Assembly: GCA_002245135.1 (NCBI GenBank)
Contig: NGBS01001197.1
Location: forward strand, 1-64,000
From: Proteromonas lacertae
Lineage: Eukaryota
Direction: 5' to 3'
DNA length: 64,000 nucleotides
Shown here piece after piece: positions 49,001 to 62,333 of this stretch. The position numbers were made by a program, and so were the translations under genes. The notes beneath the pieces are model-generated. The model did no database searches. It saw only the letters and a list, made by a program, of their open reading frames with translations, and was not told the origin of the DNA. Positions within the stretch are counted from its first letter, which is position 1. The number at the start of each line of letters is the position of its first letter.

Positions 49001-52000
49001 AAGAGATTGAAGAGTTGAAACAATCAACTACAAGTGGTGAAAGTGAAAAAGACAATGAAATAAACAATTTGAAGAGTGAAATAGAAGAATTAAATAACAA
49101 TAAATCTGAATTAGAAAAGCAAATTGAAGAATTAAAACAATCAACTACAAGCGGTAATGATGAAAAGGATGTTGAAATTCAAACTCTCAAATCTCAAATA
49201 GAAGCATTAAATAACAACAAATCTGAATTAGAAAAGCAAATTGAAGAATTAAAACAATCGAATGAAAATAGCATTACTGAAAGAGATGGTGAAATTAGCA
49301 ATTTGAAGACTCAAATAGAAGAATTAAAGCAAAGCTCTAGTGGTAATGATGAAAAGGATGTTGAAATTCAAACTCTCAAATCTCAAATAGAAGAATTAAA
49401 TAACAATAAATCTGAATTGGAGAAAGAAATTGAAGAATTAAAACAATCAACTACAAGTGGTGAAAGTGAAAAAGACAATGAAATAAACAATTTGAAGAGT
49501 GAAATAGAAGAATTAAATAACAACAAATCTGAATTAGAAAAGCAAATTGAAGAATTAAAACAATCGAATGAAAATAACATTACTGAAAGAGATGGTGAAA
49601 TTAGCAATTTGAAGACTCAAATAGAAGAGTTGAATAACAATAAATCTGAATTAGAAAAACAAATAGAGGAATTAAAACAATCGAATTCTAATGGTGAAAG
49701 TGAAAAAGATAGTGAAATTCAGAATCTCAAATCTCAACTTGAAGAATTGAATAATGGTAAGATGGAAATGGAGAAACAACTCGAAGAAATGAAACAGAAT
49801 AATGAAAACAGCATCACTGAGAAAGACAATGAAATAAACAATTTAAAGATTCAACTCGAAGAAATAACCAAAACAAAAGAAGAAGAAATATCTCAAATCA
49901 AATCTCAAATCGAAGAATTAAACTCACAAAAATCCCAACTCGAATCTGAACTTGAAACTTTACGAAATAATCAAAAAGATCAAATAGAAGAAGAAGAAGG
50001 AGGAGGTGAAAGTGATAAAGAAAAGGAAATAGAAATAACTGATTTAAGAAACGAATTAGATGCAATAAAATCCTCTAAAAATGAACTGGAAGATCATCTA
50101 CAAAAGGTTCAATTAGATTATGATGAATTAAAATCATCATTTGAACAAGAGAAATACCAAAAAGAGCAAGAAGTTATAGCTGCTAATACAAAGTATGAAG
50201 AAATCTTAAATATGAAGAAAGATTTAGAGAGTGAAATAGAATCTTTAAAATCAGATGCAAAAGCAGCAGTAGAAGAAAAGAACTTAGAATTGAATAATTT
50301 GAAGAAAGAAATAAACAATTTATTAGAAGAAAAATCAAAGTTAGAAAATAGATTAGAAGGCACAGCTGTAGAAATAGAAACATTGAAATCTGGTAAATCA
50401 GAAGATGAAATAAATAAAAATGAAGTGATAAACCAAATGATGAGTACTAATAGCGATTTAACAGTGAAATATGAGACAATACAGAAGGAGTTAGAGGAAG
50501 TAAAGAGTAATGTAAATAGTGTAGAAGAAACTAGTGGTGTTAGTAATGGTGAAAATAATAATAATAATGAGAATGAGATTAATGAAATGAGAATGAAGAT
50601 TGAAGAGTTGAATAATAGTAAGATTGAATTAGAGAAAGAGATTGAAGAGTTGAAACAATCAACTACAAGTGGTGAAAGTGAAAAAGACAATGAAATAAAC
50701 AATTTGAAGAGTGAAATAGAAGAATTAAATAACAATAAATCTGAATTAGAAAAGCAAATTGAAGAATTAAAACAATCAACTACAAGCGGTAATGATGAAA
50801 AGGATGTTGAAATTCAAACTCTCAAATCTCAAATAGAAGCATTAAATAACAACAAATCTGAATTAGAAAAGCAAATTGAAGAATTAAAACAATCGAATGA
50901 AAATAGCATTACTGAAAGAGATGGTGAAATTAGCAATTTGAAGACTCAAATAGAAGAATTAAAGCAAAGCTCTAGTGGTAATGATGAAAAGGATGTTGAA
51001 ATTCAAACTCTCAAATCTCAAATAGAAGAATTAAATAACAATAAATCTGAATTGGAGAAAGAAATTGAAGAATTAAAACAATCAACTACAAGTGGTGAAA
51101 GTGAAAAAGACAATGAAATAAACAATTTGAAGAGTGAAATAGAAGAATTAAATAACAACAAATCTGAATTAGAAAAGCAAATTGAAGAATTAAAACAATC
51201 GAATGAAAATAACATTACTGAAAGAGATGGTGAAATTAGCAATTTGAAGACTCAAATAGAAGAATTAAAGCAAAGCTCTAGTGGTAATGATGAAAAGGAT
51301 GTTGAAATTCAAACTCTCAAATCTCAAATAGAAGAATTAAATAACAATAAATCTGAATTGGAGAAAGAAATTGAAGAATTAAAACAATCAACTACAAGTG
51401 GTGAAAGTGAAAAAGACAATGAAATAAACAATTTGAAGAGTGAAATAGAAGAATTAAATAACAACAAATCTGAATTAGAAAAGCAAATAGAGGAATTAAA
51501 ACAATTTAATTCTAATGGTGAAAGTGAAAAAGACAATGAAATAAACAATTTGAAGAGTGAAATAGAAGAATTAAATAACAACAAATCTGAATTAGAAAAG
51601 CAAATAGAGGAATTAAAACAATTTAATTCTAATGGTGAAAGTGAAAAAGACAATGAAATTCAGAATCTCAAATCTCAACTTGAAGATGTAACCAAATCAA
51701 AAGAAGAAGAAATCTCACAAATAAAATCAGAATTAGAATCTCTCAAATCCTCTGAATCACTATCAAATACCAATAATACTGAAGAAGTTAACACACTAAA
51801 ACAACAACTTCAATCCTTGAAATTAGAATATGATAATCTCCAAGAACTTAAGAGCAAAGAGACTGAAGAACAGAACAATGAAATATCTTCACTACAAGAT
51901 GATATAACTACCATTCAGAACAGCAAGACTGAACTTCAACATCAATTGGATGATATGAAGTCAAGCCACACTCAAGCTTTACAATCAAAAGATAATGAAA

Positions 52001-54951
52001 TTAACCAATTACAATCAGAGATCAAGAATTTAAAGCAACAACAAACAGAATTTGAGAATTTACCCAATAAATTGAATAGTAAAGATGTTGAAATAAAGAC
52101 ATTAAATACTGAATTAGAAGGATTAAGAAATCATAATAAAGAGTTGAAATCATTATATGAAAATGTCCAAAATGAATTAGAACTATTGCAATCTAAAAAT
52201 ACAAATCAAGATACCCAGAAAGATAGTGAAATTATATCTTTAAAATCACAAATTGAAGAATTAACTCAGTCTAAAAATGAATCTGAAAAAGCATTAGAAC
52301 CGTTAAAGAGTGAATTAGAGAAATTAAAAACAAGAGAGAATGAATTAAATGAAAAAATCAAATCATTAAAATTACAAAAAGATAGTTTAGAACAAGAAAA
52401 GAACACTTTGACAATAGATTTAGAGAAAATAAATATAGAGTTAAACTCATTGAAAACTATTGAAAGAAAATCATCAGAAGCTGGTGATGCAGTTGAAGAT
52501 TTGAGTAATATCTCAGATCTAGATGTGATTCAATTGAAGAAAGAGTTGGAGATTATAAAGAATTCAAAAGCTGAATTAGAAAAATCATATGTATTTTTAT
52601 TTATTATTGATAATTATTATTTATATAGAGAAATGTTGCCCAACAATCTGCTGAAGATAAAAAACTATATAACAAACTGAAAAATGGTTTAAAGAAACTG
52701 AGAACTGAAAATACTGACTTGGTGTCTGAGAATAATAAAAAAGAATCTCAATTAATTGAATTAAGAAAGATGTTATCTGATAAATCAACATCAAATGTAT
52801 ATATATATATCATATTATTAATTAGAATAATGAAGAACAAATCTCAAAATTACAATCAGAAGTGAAAATAGCCAATGAAAATGCATTATCATTTGAGAAT
52901 CAGTTTAAACATGAGAAAGAAGTGAATGATGTATTACTCAAACAAATTGAACAAACCAAACAACAATGTAACTTGTACAAATCACAGATTCAAGTGAATG
53001 AACAAACTATCGAGTCATTAGGTTTGAATATTTCAACTTTACAAGGAAATAGTAGTGGTTTAGTGGAAGAAAATAATACAATGAAAAGTACATTAAGTGA
53101 CCAGAATAAATTAATAGATAATTTAAAGAACGAAACTCAAAGAATAGTCAATGAAAGAGATGAGTTACAGAATAAATATAAATCCTTAAATGATGAAAAA
53201 ACATCATTAGAAGGACAAATATCTAAAGTAAAGAAATTATTATCTAAATCCCATAAAGAATTACAAAATAAAGAAAATGAATTATTGAAGTTCAAAGGAA
53301 TGACTTCAGTTGGTGGTAGTGGTGGAAATGCAATTTTGAATGATAACGATACTTTTAATGTAGCAACTTGTAGGTTAGTTAATACAGATAAATGGTATTT
53401 GTTGGATGATTTGAATAATGGTAAACAATTGTGGTTGAAAGAAGATGATTTGAAGAATTATATGGCTTCACACCCAAACCGTATATTTATATATTATTTT
53501 ATATGTCAATAGAACAATGGATATTACCAGAAATCTACGAAAGATCATTAGAAAACCAAATAGGTCTCAGTGAATTAAGAATCAAAGATTTATCTGAAGA
53601 ATTGGAAGATATAAGAGATGAATATGAAAAATATAAAATAAAGGCACATACAGCTTTAAAAGCAATGAAATTGAATAATACATCATCATTACCAACTATT
53701 CAACCAGTAGTAAACCTCGAAGAAAGGGACAAGATCAGAGAATATAAACGACAAATTGAAGAATGGCAAGAAAAGTTCAAATTATTAGATAAATCGTTTA
53801 ATGATAATAAACTAGAGAATGAAAAATTGAAAAATAATAATGAATCATTAGAACATGCTTATCAATTACTAAATGAGAAATTTAACCAACAAAAAGTAAG
53901 TTATGAAAAACAAATAGCAAATATTATGGAAAACAATGAAAAAGCTTATAATGATTCAGTTTCATCAACTCATAAGTTATATGATGATTTAAAGAAAGAT
54001 TATAATGATTTAACATTAGAATTAAAGAAAGTACATGAGAAATATAACGAAGAATTAAGACAAAAGAATGAAGAAATATTGAAACTAAAAGATGAAATAC
54101 CAACTGCCATTGATGCATCATCATTCTTGCCAATTAATCGATCAGCTAAGAGACCTAATAAAGAAAATATAGCTATTAAATTACCACCAGAATTATTATT
54201 AGATAATAAACAACAACAACAACAACAACTGGAAGCTACACCTCAATTGTTACAATCTGATGATAATAATGGTCCAAAAGACATTGATGATGATGAAGAA
54301 GGAGAAGAAGGAGGAGAAGAAAATGAAAATAATGAAGAAAGAGAAAATTATCATCAACAACAACTTCAACAACAGAATTCAACATCTACTCCATCCTCCA
54401 ATACCACAACACCATCAACAACAAGAAGTACAAGGTTCAGACCAGCATTCAAAGATCCTACAAGAAATGTAGATCGTTCTGCTGATTTATTAGCATTTAT
54501 ATTGAATGAAAATCACAATACAAATGATAATAACAATAATTCTGATGGTAATAGTAATATAAACACTGATTCAATGGAAGAATTCTTCGCTTTAGCTGCT
54601 CAAAATCAATTAAAAGCACAAAATGAGATTAAAAGAGTGTCAAAAGAATTAGAAGAAGTGAAATTAGATAATGAAGAATTGAAAAGTCGAATAAAACTAC
54701 TTCAAACTCAAGAAAGAGTGTTAAAAGAAGAATTGAGAAGAGTTGCACCAGATCAAACTCTTTTAGAATCAGCTGAAATAGCTAATAATGAATATTTGAA
54801 GAATGTGATTTTGAATTATACTACTGCTAAGAGTGATAGTGAAAGAAGGTCATTGATACCTGTTCTTACTACTTTGCTTTCATTAAATGATCAAGAAGTT
54901 GAGAGATTGAGGGGAACAATGAATAAGGGATTATTCTCATTTTTACCTTAA
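46020..54951 (+). CDS. Giant coiled-coil GRIP-domain golgin (multi-exon)
   Basis: Several small 5' exons, a ~5.8-kb coiled-coil exon, and C-terminal GRIP motif EYLKNVILNY..ERRSLIPVLTTLLSLNDQE. Confidence 0.87.
47949..51263 (+). repeat. 1635-bp in-frame tandem duplication built from ~37-aa minisatellite units
   Basis: 47949-49628 matches 49584-51263. Antisense ORFs 48483/50118, 48548/50183 and 49383/51018 are identical at offset 1635. Confidence 0.93.
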
Positions 54952-55483
54952 CTAATCTAGTCCAATAATTTGGTTATACTCTATTATGAATTTTTTATAT
55001 TAATGATTTTTTTATTGTTCATAGGATCTATATAAAAATATGATTAGTATCATAGAATTAGAAAAATAATTTATTGCCCTATATATGTATTTATATCAAG
55101 ATTCTATTTTAGGAACAAAATAAAGAATTTTGTCAATGTAAATATAAATATCAAAAATTAAGTTTGTTTTTGATCTTCATACACGTTAATAATAGGTTTA
55201 AAGTGAAGAAAATGAAACGACATAATCATCAGAAATCTTGCTTAAATCACATGGGACTGTTATTTTAGCTAAGTTTTAGATCAAACTCAAAGATTAGTTA
55301 ATTACTTTTACAGTTCACTTCACAATTCAGTATCGCAACATTGAGATAAAGCACAAAGCTTGATATTCATTATTCAAGCCCAAATTTGAAAACCGAAAGG
55401 ATTTTGTGTCTTCTTTTTCTTATTTGCTTATATATGTCACTTGGCTATTAAGGAAAGGAGGGCTAAATATCTTTTTAGGTTAA

Positions 55484-57870
55484 ATGAAATCAGTTTTTTC
55501 GGTGTTATACAATAATGTCCCTATAAACATAAATGTCACTCATCAGACGAAAGTTAGTAATGTAAAAGAACAGTTGAGCGTCAAATTAGGTATACCACCC
55601 TCATCAATAATTCTATCATACAATGGTAAGAAAATACACAACAGTAATTATTTATACTACTATTTCTGTTCTGATGATTCTGAAACAATAGTATTTACAG
55701 CAACGACCACATTAAAAAGTGATAAAAACAACTCAATTCAATTTTTTGGTGGCATTGAAACACCTGAAGTATGAATTATATAATTATATGTGTTTAAATA
55801 GGAAATGAAGAATGCAATAACTGAAGTCACCTCTGGTCTCCAAAATTATGATCCAAAAAGAGCAGAAGAAGGAATGGGTGGTACATACTTTTTAAAGAAT
55901 TACAATGGAGAGAATATTTATTGTTTTAAACCACAAGATGAAGAACCAATGGCGCCAAATAATCCACACGATTTTGTTGGTCCATTTGGTTCTACAGGTC
56001 TTCGTGATTTTATTAAATCAGGCTGGTCATGTATACGTGAGGTAGCTGCATATTATATGGATAAAGATCATTTTAGTGGAGTTCCAGCAACAACATTAGC
56101 TGAAATGAGTTCAAAATCTTTCAATTACAATAATTGTAGTGGAAGTGGAGATGATGATAATAATTATATCCCCAAGCTAGGTTCTTTACAGAAATTTGTA
56201 GAATGTGATGATTTACTTATTGATCGAAGTAGCAAGATATTAAGTGTCATGGATATTCATAAGATAGGAATATTAGATATACGTATCTTGAATCTAGATC
56301 GAAATGAAGAAAATATCTTGCTAAAGCAAATGGGTCGATCTCTAGTGACCAATGAAGTTATTTGGAAGGCAATCCCAATAGATCATGGTTATTCAATCCC
56401 TAGTAAGATAAATATTGGATGGTGTGATTGGTGTTGGTTTGAGTACCCTCAAGCCAAAGTTCCATTTGACAAAGAAACAAAGGAATATATAAAGTCAATC
56501 AATATTGATGAAGATATCATCTTTTTAAGAGAAAAGTTGAAGATCAATGAAGTGTGTTTGAAGAATTTAAGGATTTCGAATTTATTACTTCAGATTGGTG
56601 TTGAAAGAGGTTTAACCCTCTATGAAATTGCCTATATGATGTTACGATTAGATACAAACATGGAAAGACCATCAATACTTGAAGAATGCTGTGATTTATC
56701 AGAAAGGCTGTTAGATATGAGTTTGAAGAATATAAAAGAAAGAGGTACTGCCAACACAACAAGTACAACTGCTACTGCTGGTACAAATGAAGGAAATAAT
56801 ACTAGTTATAAGATGATCAGTAATAATCACAACGGTATTGATAGAAAATACAATATACACGTAAATACAAATTTCGATGAAGTAATCCAAAGTCCAGAAA
56901 TCAGTCCACAACAATCAGCAGGAAGTGTACTTTCAGAATTAAACGATGAAATTAATAAAAAGCAACCTCCAATTGTACCAAATCAATCTCCCTTAAGTGA
57001 TACATTCTTACTAATAGATACACCGCAGATGTCACCAATGTTAGTTGGTTCATTTATGAGCAATAATAATAATAATAATAATTTGAATGATTTTAGTTTA
57101 GATGATAATTGTAATGGTAATGATGATAAAGAGTTAAGTTTTGGTAGTTTTAATAATGAAAAAGTCTATTCATTTTCTATGAATAATTCATATAGTGTTA
57201 ATAATAATAATAATAGTTCAATATTTGAATCAATTATACCTCCACCTAATGACTTTAATAATACAGTTCAAACACAATCAAAATCTGAACCATCGTCATC
57301 CACTAAGAAATATAATAATAATTTCTCATTAGTTACTTCACCTTTATTACAGCCTTCATTTGAAATATCAATGGATAAAAATAATAAAGATTCATTGTTA
57401 TTTACAGATGAAATATATAATCCAAAATGTACAAATAAACCGCCATTAAATCCAGATGATTTACCCGTCGCTACAACAGAAACTGTAAACTGTAAATCGG
57501 AAGAATTAGAAGAAGCAGAAAGTGGAGATAAATGTACACCGCTTGTGAGTAAACTGAAAGTGGATACTGCTTTAGTAAGGACCTGTAGTTATACAGCCAA
57601 TTCTACACTACTTAATAGCCTTAGCAAGAGTAATAGCAATAATAGTGTAAGTAATATAAAAACAGGTAAACGAAGCAAAACGCCAAAGAACAAAAGAATG
57701 AAAAAAGAAGATAATGAAAAAGAGAAATTATTTTTTGTATATATATATATATTCTTTATTTATTTTATATATAGTTTCATTTAAAGGAAGTACTTATAAA
57801 TCGTTGTGATATAGTGAAGCAAAGGAATTTGATTAAAAACAGAAAAGTAAGAAATTATTCTGTAGCTTGA
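55484..57870 (+). CDS. Type II (gamma-like) phosphatidylinositol 4-kinase with N-terminal ubiquitin-like domain
   Basis: Ubl exon (VSNVKEQLSVKLGIP..LSYNGK); GMGGTYF, FKPQDEEP, REVAAY, GSLQKFV, DIRILNLDRNEENIL, PIDHG. Confidence 0.92.
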
Positions 57871-58107
57871 TGAAGAATTTATGAATGTAATTATTAATTT
57901 TTTATATATAATAAAACATATTTTCTTTTGTTGATATGTATTTTACAGAATATAATGAAATGTATTTAATTTGATTTATATTTTTATTACACACAATTAA
58001 CATGTTAAATTAAACATGATATCTCTTATTTAAATGTTTATCAATTGATGACATATAAAAATAACAACCTTACGTCATCAAAACACATTCTTAACACCAT
58101 TTTTAAA

Positions 58108-59130
58108 ATGAAATATTTATTCTTCTTATTCTTGATTGTTTTTTCATTTGCATTTGATGAAAGACCAAAAGTTAAAGTATATCCACAGGATATTGGAATT
58201 ATAATCTCAATGGGTGACTCAATCACTGCTGCAACTCATTCAGAGCAGATTCCTGCATTTGATAGCAAAGTATATGATATTTATTTATTTTTAATAAGGG
58301 TGTTTCATTCGCTTCAGGTGGTTATCAAAATTCAACTAGTATCTTCAATTACCTTAGAAAATATAATCCTAATGTGATTGGAGGAACTACAAGTATTATG
58401 TGTTATATATATAAATATAGGAACTCAACCAATGAAAGATGATGAAGGTTTCAATGTAGCAATAGCAGGATCTTGCACTTATAATTTGATGAAGCAATTA
58501 GATAATGCAATTGATAGAATGAAGAAGATTCCTGGTTTTGATTATGAAAATACTTGGAAATTATTCACAGTATTCAGTGGAGGTAATGATTTATGTGATA
58601 TTTCAATGGAATCAAATATTCCTGAACTTGTATACAATATAACCAACGGTTTGGATATATTTTTATTTGAATTACAACAGAAAGTGCCAAAAGCATTTGT
58701 TAATCTGATGGGAATATTAGATCCATCAAAAGTTTATGATACAGGTCATTCAGATAATAGATGCCTTATACAAAACACAGTTGCTTTAACAATGTCTTGT
58801 CCTATAGCAAGATATGCTTTGGGAAGATATTGCATAAATGAAGCTTCAAGACAATCTAACGAATTATTACATCAAATATTAAATCGACATCCAAGTACAG
58901 ATTCGTTTATTTTAAGTTATCATCCAATGACAGAAGGGTTTATGTTAGATTCAGTGGATTATATATCTAAAGTAGATTGTTTTCATCCCAATGCTAAAGC
59001 TCAAGGAGTAATGGCCAAAGCATTATGGAAGAGTATGTTTACTCCAGTTCATCGAAGACATCCAACAAATGGAGATGAGTTTTATAATACTGAAGAGTTT
59101 GATGCTGGAAATAAACCTTTTGAATATTAG
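58108..59130 (+). CDS. Secreted GDSL/SGNH phospholipase B1-like lipase
   Basis: Signal peptide, GDSITAA, FNVAIAG, GGNDLC, DCFHPN; two introns. Confidence 0.9.
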
Positions 59131-59369
59131 AATATAAATATTGAATAGTAATAGTAAATGAAGTTAGCTTTAAAAGTGATTATTCAATTAATTCAAGTTA
59201 ATGATTTAATAAATAGTTGTATTAATAGTTTTTTTTTTATTTTGCTTTTATGAATAAAATGAATCATGAAGATTCTATAAACGAATCATTATTTCCGATT
59301 GTTAAAATGAATCTTTTTTGAATCTATTTTGACTCAACCAATCACTTTTATTGCTTCTTTTTTTTCTGA

Positions 59370-60213
59370 ATGCTTCTCTTAATCGAAGAAAGTGGGGTTA
59401 TTGTTAATCATGATCGTGGAGTTTTAACAGGTACTGCACATCGAGAACAAAGAAGGAATAGAGGTGAAGAAGGTAGAGTCAATATCAGACAATTCAGTAT
59501 TGTTCAACTCGCAAAAATGCGAAATAGAAAACCTGGTAAAAGACGTCAAAGAAGATGGGATAATGGTATTTTTTATTTTAATCTTTTACAATCTAGATAC
59601 TTTGTTAGGTTTAGATAAAATGGATGAAAATTTATTATCTAACTCCAATATACCACTCAATATTGATTTTGAAAGTAGTACCTCCTTATCAGAAATATTT
59701 AATGATCCTCTTTGTCAAGATATGTTTTTATCTGTCATATCTTACGATACAGTCACAAACAAGAAGAATACTTCTATCAATTTAGATCAACATTATTCAT
59801 TAAAAGAGATGAAAAAGCGTTTAAATAAATCAAGTTTTGAAAAATTGAAGAATTACTACGAATTACCATTTATTAAAGAAATAGAAGAGTATCTAAGATT
59901 AATGATTATAAATGGAATTAACTCACCAGTCATTCAAAACTATAATTTTGAATATGATATGAAAACCGTATTGAATGAGTTGCCATCATTTCATACATCT
60001 AACAATGATAAGCAGTATTTAGTATTGTCATTTATTGATTCTTTTTGCCGTGTTTTAATTCATTATTTATGTGAATTCTATGATATGCTATGTGAAAGTG
60101 ATTTAGTTAATAATACTAGTAAGATTAAGAACGGATGTAACAAGTTGTTATATATAAGACCTAAATTTATGTATAAAATCCATGATTTACCTAAATTTAG
60201 TGATTGTATATAA
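59370..60213 (+). CDS. R3H-associated + R3H domain protein (R3HDM4-like)
   Basis: PGKRRQRRWDN motif; DSFCRVLIHYLCEFY R3H-type motif; one intron. Confidence 0.75.
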
Positions 60214-60316
60214 TGATAATTATTTTTTCCGAAATATAAATATAAATATTTATGTAAAAAATGGGTTTTATATATAACAACAATAACAATACAAAAATGT
60301 ATGTAAATTATAAACA

Positions 60317-62169
60317 TTAGATTGTTATTTCCGTTTGACTCTCATTGTCACTATTATCATAAAACATTTCATCAAATAAATTAGAATATTTTCCATTTGG
60401 ATTCTTTTCAGGAAATACTTCATTCAAATCAGTCAACAGCAATTTGATTGGATATGGTTCAACATTAAACTGTTGAGAATTCTTTAGAGATTCTGGCGAG
60501 AAATCATTTGCATTCTTACTGTCTTGAGAACGTACTTTTCCTACGGAATTATTATTATTATTGCTGTTGAAACTCATAGTAAATGAATTGGCTAAATTCT
60601 GTTTTAATAGTTTGAGATATTTCAGTGAATAATTTACTTTACTTATTGAATCATCTATATATATATATATATAATTTATAACTATACAACTAGTTGGGTT
60701 TTACAAGTGTAAATAACTTTTCTAATTCATTATAAAACATATTTACTATATAATATTTAATCTCAATTAAATATGAAAAAAACTATATAACAAATAATAA
60801 TAATATATTATACATCAATCAATATAATCAACTCTTCTTCAGTTGTTAATTTATTCACTGTATCTATCAGTAATGGAAATACATCAATCAAAAATGAATT
60901 TAATACCACAGTATCATATCTATCTGAAGATACTAAACTTGTTAAAGTTAATAAAACATTAGCCAATATCTCTGAATCACTATTCATTAATATATATATA
61001 TATAATATACTTTATATGTAATAGAAATGTCAATGGTTCATAATCTGATATTGGTAATTCAAAACATTGAATAATTCGTGGATAAAACACTTTTAAAAAC
61101 TCTGAACATTGTCTCATTACTGGATTTACCTATTATATATTAATATATATATATACATAGAAATTCATTATAATCAATATAATATCAAATATATTATTCT
61201 GCTGCTGTTTATCTGGTTTATAAATCGAAGATAAACATGCATTTGTATAACTCAAATTGGTAAAAATTTCAAATATTTTAACTAAATAAACTCCTTCAAT
61301 TGTTCTTTCATTTGTATTGACACAATCATTTATTTTATGTAGCAGCAATAACACACCGTTTTCATTCTTATTGGTAATAGAATTTTCACTAAAATAACTT
61401 GCATATGTTGGACTTTTAACTAACACATTTAATACATTCAAAGCTGGTATAATTCGATGAAATGGCTGATTCCTTAAGAACGTCTTTACTTCATCTATTA
61501 AATACTTATCAAATGTACCTTCTACGATAGATATATGTGCTTGTTCTAGTAATATAGTGAAATTACTTATATAAAAATCATTCTGGTTGGAGTATTGATC
61601 ATTTATATTATCAACTATTGGAGCTGTTGTTGTTGGAGTTGGTGCGATGGGATTTATTGGGTTTTGCTTTGTGTCTGGGATGATTTTGTCGTTTTTATCT
61701 GGTGAAGATTGATTTCTTTTAAATGAATCACTTGATATGCCTGCTATTTAAAATGATAAATTAATTGTTTAATATACGAAGAGGATTGTATATATCTTTT
61801 GGTGGATTTAGTGGATCTCGTTGTTGGCTTTGTCGAGCTATTACACCTATAGCTTTTGCCCAACCGTCTCTTTCAGCTATTGAATCACATCGAAAAATCC
61901 ATTTTCTCTGAGAATCTTTAACTTGAAACTATTTGATTATAAATACATAACTGATATCTTACGAGTTCAGCATGTAACACAAATTTTGTATCTTCACCCA
62001 TCTCTACTCTGCTTCCTAGTAATTCTATTGGCTTTTTAATATTCTTTTTGTTTTCTTGATAACTTTCGGCATTAGTATAATAATAGAGTAAATGTCCTTT
62101 CAAAACGAAATAACGACGTTTCCAACTCATTTTTCGAAAAAGAGCAAAACCATTTCCCTCTTTGAACAT
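60317..62169 (-). CDS. PH-domain protein with helical C-terminal region (many introns)
   Basis: KEG..SWKRRYFVLKGHLLYYY and a downstream W-containing PH helix. Confidence 0.8.
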
Positions 62170-62333
62170 ATATCCTTTGTGTTTAATATCATCCTAGTGA
62201 TTAAAATCAAAAAAATACCATTTTTAGATTCAAGCAAGTTTGAAAGATCCAAAACGACTATAATAAAAAAGGTGTCTCAAAATTATCGATTGTTATTTTT
62301 ATAAAATTTTTTGAAAAAAATACATTCGGAAAG

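Noticed and set aside
47260..51700. Regular repeats as a possible CRISPR array
   Set aside because: In-frame coding minisatellite in a eukaryotic gene; no unique spacers and no cas genes.
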